Origin: a virus
Taxonomy: Duplodnaviria > Heunggongvirae > Uroviricota > Caudoviricetes
IMG/VR virus record: IMGVR_UViG_3300000301_000085
DNA length: 19,785 bases
Reading direction: 5' to 3' (one strand)
In this document: piece by piece, positions 16,808 to 19,785 of the stretch
Numbering within the stretch: position 1 is the stretch's first letter
Layout: each line of letters starts with the position of its first letter
Program-made: the position numbers and the translations under genes
Notes under the pieces: model-generated
What the model was told of the DNA's origin: nothing
The model's database searches: none
Seen by the model: only the letters and a program-made list of their open reading frames with translations

Positions 16808-17089
16808 TTAGTGGAGCAGACCGATGTCGATGGTATCCCCTGAATCATCCACACGGATCATCAGCATGGCAAAGGCGTTTAGTGGATAGCTTGCGTGCCA
16901 TTCAGGGAAGCGGTCATCTCGCATGAAGTCGGCAATGTCGTAAACGCATCCCTCAAAGTGGAAGAATCGCGTGCTTACCTGCTCGTCATAATCCACATGA
17001 TCCATTTCTTGCTGTTCTGTTTCCGGCAAGTCCAGCCATGATTCAAGAAATACATTTTGTGCTTTAGGGGTAATGGTGAAATCAGTCAT
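16808..17089 (-). CDS. small strongly acidic protein (94 aa)
   Basis: GAGGA SD 7 nt before ATG 17089; about 20 D/E against 5 K/R (DLPETEQQEMDHVDYDEQ, RVDDSGDTIDIG). Confidence 0.55.
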   Translation of the reverse strand: MTDFTITPKAQNVFLESWLDLPETEQQEMDHVDYDEQVSTRFFHFEGCVYDIADFMRDDRFPEWHASYPLNAFAMLMIRVDDSGDTIDIGLLH

Positions 17090-17098
17090 GAGCATATC

Positions 17099-17165
17099 CT
17101 CACTGCGTAAACATGTTGTTTTCTTGTTGGTGTAATTATCGCAGTGTAGATAAAGCATAAAAGAA
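17099..17165 (-). promoter_or_regulatory. cassette promoter plus AACAtgTTGTT palindrome (element E2)
   Basis: Minus strand GATAAT then AAAACAACATGTTT then SD; flanked by inverted repeat CACTGCG/CGCAGTG. Confidence 0.5.
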
Positions 17166-17251
17166 GTTAATACAGGCTGAATACACAAGAAAGGTTCTGG
17201 AAGTTGATAGCAAGGTTTCAAACTAACCTTCGGTTATTAAAAGTCATTTAA

Positions 17252-17272
17252 GACCACCAATGCTGGTGGCCT
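17252..17272 (-). terminator. conserved GC-rich hairpin (inverted-orientation copy of the one at 16781)
   Basis: GACCACCA-ATGC-TGGTGGCC, 11 nt after stop 17283. Confidence 0.4.
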
Positions 17273-17282
17273 TAATAATTAT

Positions 17283-17426
17283 CGCCCGATTACGCTAAGG
17301 ATCTTTTCCTCAACTGATTTGTTGTTGCGACTAAACTGCCTTGCGTATCTGATGACAGAAGAGGCGTTTCGCTTTCTGACCATCTCGGCTCTCTCCTTCA
17401 GGCGTTTCTTGAAATCGCCCATATTT
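17283..17426 (-). CDS. tiny basic protein (47 aa)
   Basis: ATG 17426 lies 2 nt after the upstream stop (TAAATATG); MGDFKKRLKERAEMVRKRNASSVIRYARQFSRNNKSVEEKILSVIGR; below the ORF-track cutoff. Confidence 0.3.
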
Positions 17427-17799
17427 ACCACCAGGCGCAGAAGGTCAGTCTATTATTGTGAAAGTCGTGGTTCTTAATCAGATCTTCCACAAGCTCTTTC
17501 AACTCCCCCACATCATGCCAGTAACCTTCATCGTACTCCTGACTGCCGAAGAAAAAACCTTCCCGGGTAGGCAAGTACTCTTCGCAATTACTTTCGTTTA
17601 TGTGCATCAAATGAGCCTTCAGAAAACAAATGTCATTCATCGTTAATTCTAAAAGCTCACAATTTTCGACTTCACCTACGTTGCGCTCCATCCACCCAAC
17701 GAGCGCATTGAACTTACGGAAGTAAGCAACCTGCTTTCTGGATGCCTCGTTATTCAGATCGTTTTTAGGCTGTGTCTCGATATAGATATCAAGTCCCAT
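17425..17799 (-). CDS. small acidic protein (124 aa)
   Basis: AAGGAAACC SD before ATG 17799; E/D-rich. Confidence 0.55.
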   Translation of the reverse strand: MGLDIYIETQPKNDLNNEASRKQVAYFRKFNALVGWMERNVGEVENCELLELTMNDICFLKAHLMHINESNCEEYLPTREGFFFGSQEYDEGYWHDVGELKELVEDLIKNHDFHNNRLTFCAWW

Positions 17800-17849
17800 G
17801 ATGGTTTCCTTATTAAGTTGCTTCAGTGAAATCATTTTCACAAATCAGA

Positions 17850-17876
17850 TAAGGCAGAAAACAAATTGTTATCGGG
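17850..17876 (-). promoter_or_regulatory. AACAAaTTGTT palindrome upstream of gene 17425..17799
   Basis: Plus-strand AGAAAACAAATTGTTATCGG. Confidence 0.4.
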
Positions 17877-17884
17877 CATAAGAA

Positions 17885-17907
17885 AATGGCGCGGTTTACG
17901 CGCCATT
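17885..17907 (-). terminator. intrinsic terminator after gene 17917..18312
   Basis: AATGGCGCG-GTTTA-CGCGCCATT; the minus transcript continues UUUCUUAUG. Confidence 0.55.
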
Positions 17908-17916
17908 CAAAGAGGA

Positions 17917-18312
17917 TTAAGCGAATACGCTTTCAGGGATTAAGGTGTCAGCAGGAATGCCAGAGGTAATGCGCAGGCCGTACTGACCAATCCAGGTAGT
18001 GTTGGTATTCAGGCTGGAGGCGAATACGGTGTTAACCATATTCATCATGGTTTCAAACACCTCTTCATCAACCTGGCGGAAGTAGTTCTCGATTTTCAGC
18101 AGCAGCGGGTCAGTTGCATCGAAAATAGACTGGTATTGAGTCGCGTACTCGCCGCCGGAGGCATCACCTTTACGCACGATCGTACTGGCCTGGACTTCGG
18201 CACCAGTTTCGGTGTTGTACGTAACAACGGTGATTTTTGCCACATTCTTACCTTCGGCGGTTTCAGAGGCATAGTAAACATCAACTGTCAGTTTTTCGCG
18301 TTTAACGGTCAT
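17917..18312 (-). CDS. hypothetical protein (131 aa)
   Basis: GGAGAG SD before ATG 18312 (MTVKREKLTVDVYY...); own promoter; no palindrome element. Confidence 0.6.
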   Translation of the reverse strand: MTVKREKLTVDVYYASETAEGKNVAKITVVTYNTETGAEVQASTIVRKGDASGGEYATQYQSIFDATDPLLLKIENYFRQVDEEVFETMMNMVNTVFASSLNTNTTWIGQYGLRITSGIPADTLIPESVFA

Positions 18313-18345
18313 TTCACTCTCCGTAGTGTTTTGGTTATTTTTATA

Positions 18346-18374
18346 TTCTATGATCGTAAGTATGTACTTACAAT
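18346..18374 (-). promoter_or_regulatory. sigma70-type promoter for gene 17917..18312
   Basis: Minus strand -35 TTGTAA, 16-17-nt spacer, -10 TAGAAT. Confidence 0.5.
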
Positions 18375-18403
18375 ACAAAAAAGCCCCGTAAGGATGGCGG
18401 GGC
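18374..18403 (-). terminator. canonical intrinsic terminator after gene 18439..18750
   Basis: Minus strand GCCCCGCC-ATCCTTA-CGGGGC followed by TTTTTTG. Confidence 0.7.
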
Positions 18404-18438
18404 TGTCGTACGGTCGACTAATTACCACTTGCACATTA

Positions 18439-18750
18439 TCAGGCTATTGCCATCACTGATGCTCTCTGAATCTCTTGCTGGGCCACGCGGTTAACTTCCA
18501 TCAAAGCCAGTTCGAGCTGATGTTCCGGCCACATTCTTTGAAATGCCACCCAGCCTTTTCCACGCTGGCGACGAACATTCATTACATAACGAGTAAAGGT
18601 GTTTTTATCGAAAGACACCGCTGTTTCACGGAACAGACGAATAGAGGTTCCATTGGCAACGATGTCCAGCAAAGTTAATTGAGCAACCAGCGCAGGCTTC
18701 TCTTTTCTCTTCTGGTCTTTGTCCAGACCAAGAACCAATGATTTTTTCAT
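18439..18750 (-). CDS. small basic protein (104 aa), possible nucleic-acid binder
   Basis: GGAG SD before ATG 18750 (MKKSLVLGLDKDQKRKEK...); K/R-rich. Confidence 0.55.
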   Translation of the reverse strand: MKKSLVLGLDKDQKRKEKPALVAQLTLLDIVANGTSIRLFRETAVSFDKNTFTRYVMNVRRQRGKGWVAFQRMWPEHQLELALMEVNRVAQQEIQRASVMAIA

Positions 18751-18830
18751 CACAACTCCGTAAACAACTTGTTTTCTCAATGGCGTAAATAATACCAGTA
18801 AGAAAACGGCTACAAAGCATATTGATCAGG
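18751..18830 (-). promoter_or_regulatory. cassette promoter plus perfect AAACAAcTTGTTT palindrome (element E3)
   Basis: Minus strand TTTGTAGCCGTTTTCTTACTGG-TATTAT then AAAACAAGTTGTTT then SD; about 85% identical to E4 over ~60 nt. Confidence 0.5.
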
Positions 18831-18877
18831 TGCATGAGCGATATGCAGGTTCTTCCCTGCGGCTACAGATTAAGTTA

Positions 18878-18894
18878 AGCCAGCAATGCTGGCT
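18878..18894 (-). terminator. conserved hairpin after gene 18905..19234
   Basis: AGCCAGCA-A-TGCTGGCT, followed on the plus strand by TTGATTGTGATTACGC. Confidence 0.4.
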
Positions 18895-18904
18895 TTGATT
18901 GTGA

Positions 18905-19234
18905 TTACGCGAATACCTCAAGAAACTCCTGAACGTCCCAATGCTGGACGAGGTGAAGATAGACCTTAGAAATCACGTCATTTTCGCTATCGCATGTGAA
19001 GTAGTACTTCTGGCTGCGGTTGTATGTGTCCACACAAAATTCGCTCATATCCATAAAGTCAGCATCTTCACCCATGTCGCAAATCATCAAAGCAGGTGCG
19101 TCATCACGAGTCATCAGCTCAAGCACCCACCGCGAATTGATCAGAGTGGAAGACCAACCTTCTAACTCATAAAACTGATCAAACTCTTTTTGAGTTAATT
19201 TCTTGATTTGGTTGATGTCGATATTTGCAAACAT
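18905..19234 (-). CDS. small acidic protein (109 aa)
   Basis: AAGGA SD 7 nt before ATG 19234 (MFANIDINQIKK...); D/E-rich (MICDMGEDADFMDMSEF). Confidence 0.55.
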   Translation of the reverse strand: MFANIDINQIKKLTQKEFDQFYELEGWSSTLINSRWVLELMTRDDAPALMICDMGEDADFMDMSEFCVDTYNRSQKYYFTCDSENDVISKVYLHLVQHWDVQEFLEVFA

Positions 19235-19310
19235 AAAGCAATCCTTAAACAACTTGTTTTCTGAATTGCGTAAACAATACCAGTAAGAAAACGGCCACAA
19301 AGTATATCGT
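19235..19310 (-). promoter_or_regulatory. cassette promoter plus AAACAAcTTGTTT palindrome (element E4)
   Basis: Minus strand TTTGTGGCCGTTTTCTTACTGG-TATTGT then AAAACAAGTTGTTT overlapping the SD. Confidence 0.5.
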
Positions 19311-19349
19311 TACGGTGCTGCGCTGCCCCGGAGGTTAATAGCGACAAAA

Positions 19350-19366
19350 GCCACCGTGCTGGTGGC
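19350..19366 (-). terminator. conserved GC-rich hairpin after gene 19374..19670
   Basis: GCCACC-GTGCT-GGTGGC, 8 nt after the stop. Confidence 0.4.
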
Positions 19367-19373
19367 CTCACTC

Positions 19374-19670
19374 TTAATCTTCGTCGTCCGGGAACTCGCT
19401 GTGTACCGCGCCCACCAGCTCCCGCTTTTCATCTTCACTCAGCAGGTGCCAGATATNNNNNNNNNNNNNNNNNNNNNNNNNNNNNNNNNNNNNNNNNNNN
19501 NNNNNNNNNNNNNNNNNNNNNNNNNNNNNNNNNNNNNNNNNNNNNNNNNNNNNNNNTTCTGCCGGGACGAACGACCACAACTTGCGGTACAACTCCGGCC
19601 CCACTGCATCCAGACACTCAGCCAGGGAATCCACGCCCCACACCTCAACCGTCACAGGCATCTTAATCAT
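19374..19670 (-). CDS. small acidic protein (about 98 aa, middle masked 19457-19556)
   Basis: GAGGA SD before ATG 19670; acidic C-terminus EFPDDED. Confidence 0.5.
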   Translation of the reverse strand: MIKMPVTVEVWGVDSLAECLDAVGPELYRKLWSFVPAEXXXXXXXXXXXXXXXXXXXXXXXXXXXXXXXXXXIWHLLSEDEKRELVGAVHSEFPDDED

Positions 19671-19750
19671 CTCTTCATCCTCACTTCGTTTCTATAACGT
19701 CTAAATATGTTGTTTACTTGTTGGTGTTATTATCGAAATAAGACAAAGGC
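19671..19750 (-). promoter_or_regulatory. cassette promoter plus AAtAtgTTGTT palindrome variant (element E5)
   Basis: Plus-strand AAATATGTTGTTTACTTGTTGGTGTTATTATCG, near-identical to E1 and E2. Confidence 0.45.
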
Positions 19751-19785
19751 GAAAAAGGATTTTATGTCGGGAAAGCCAGGCTTGG

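Noticed and set aside
16723-16926. 67-aa plus-strand ORF
   Set aside because: Lies in the spacer between cassettes, overlaps the conserved hairpin and the 3' end of a minus-strand gene, and has no SD.
17821-17850. CRP-like site TGTGA...TCAC upstream of gene 17425-17799
   Set aside because: Half-site spacing is 8 rather than 6 and there is only one occurrence; more likely chance similarity in AT-rich promoter DNA.
1884-19556. Eleven N-runs (81-118 nt) as biological features
   Set aside because: Uniform N blocks are masking or assembly gaps, not sequence; nothing is inferred about their content.
16604-19750. Possible CRISPR array, considering the repeated about 50-nt elements
   Set aside because: Repeats are irregularly spaced (400-900 bp apart), each precedes an ORF with an SD, and they contain promoter hexamers; no short regular repeat-spacer structure.
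1-19785. tRNA genes, integrase or attachment sites, insertion sequences
   Set aside because: No tRNA-like T-arm or acceptor pattern, no recombinase-sized ORF with integrase catalytic motifs, and no terminal inverted repeats flanking a transposase-like ORF were seen, so no prophage boundary or mobile element is called.

Overview
This window reads as about 20 kb of a tailed dsDNA phage or prophage genome from an enterobacterial-type host (sigma70-like promoters, AGGAG-type ribosome-binding sites, eleven N-masked segments). Three blocks are visible. (1) Positions 1-10409, minus strand: a translationally coupled late operon running ParB-like, ParB-like, ABC-type ATPase, GNAT-like acyltransferase, small winged-helix protein, a regulatory leader, then terminase small and large subunits, portal, a small head gene, scaffold, major capsid and a triple Ig-like decoration protein. 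(2) Positions 10492-15584, plus strand, leaving a divergent promoter at 10410-10491: an SF2 helicase, a small RHH-like protein, a lipoprotein and a secreted protein, then an AT-rich, strongly promoted three-gene island. (3) Positions 16121-19750, minus strand: at least seven small, mostly acidic ORFs, each an independent cassette with its own promoter, a shared AACAAnTTGTT palindrome and a downstream hairpin. The best candidates for an undescribed system are the ParB-ParB-ABC-GNAT cassette that heads the morphogenesis operon and the small-gene cassette array. No tRNA, integrase, attachment site or CRISPR array was found. All protein calls rest on motifs read by eye and on gene order; no database search was possible.
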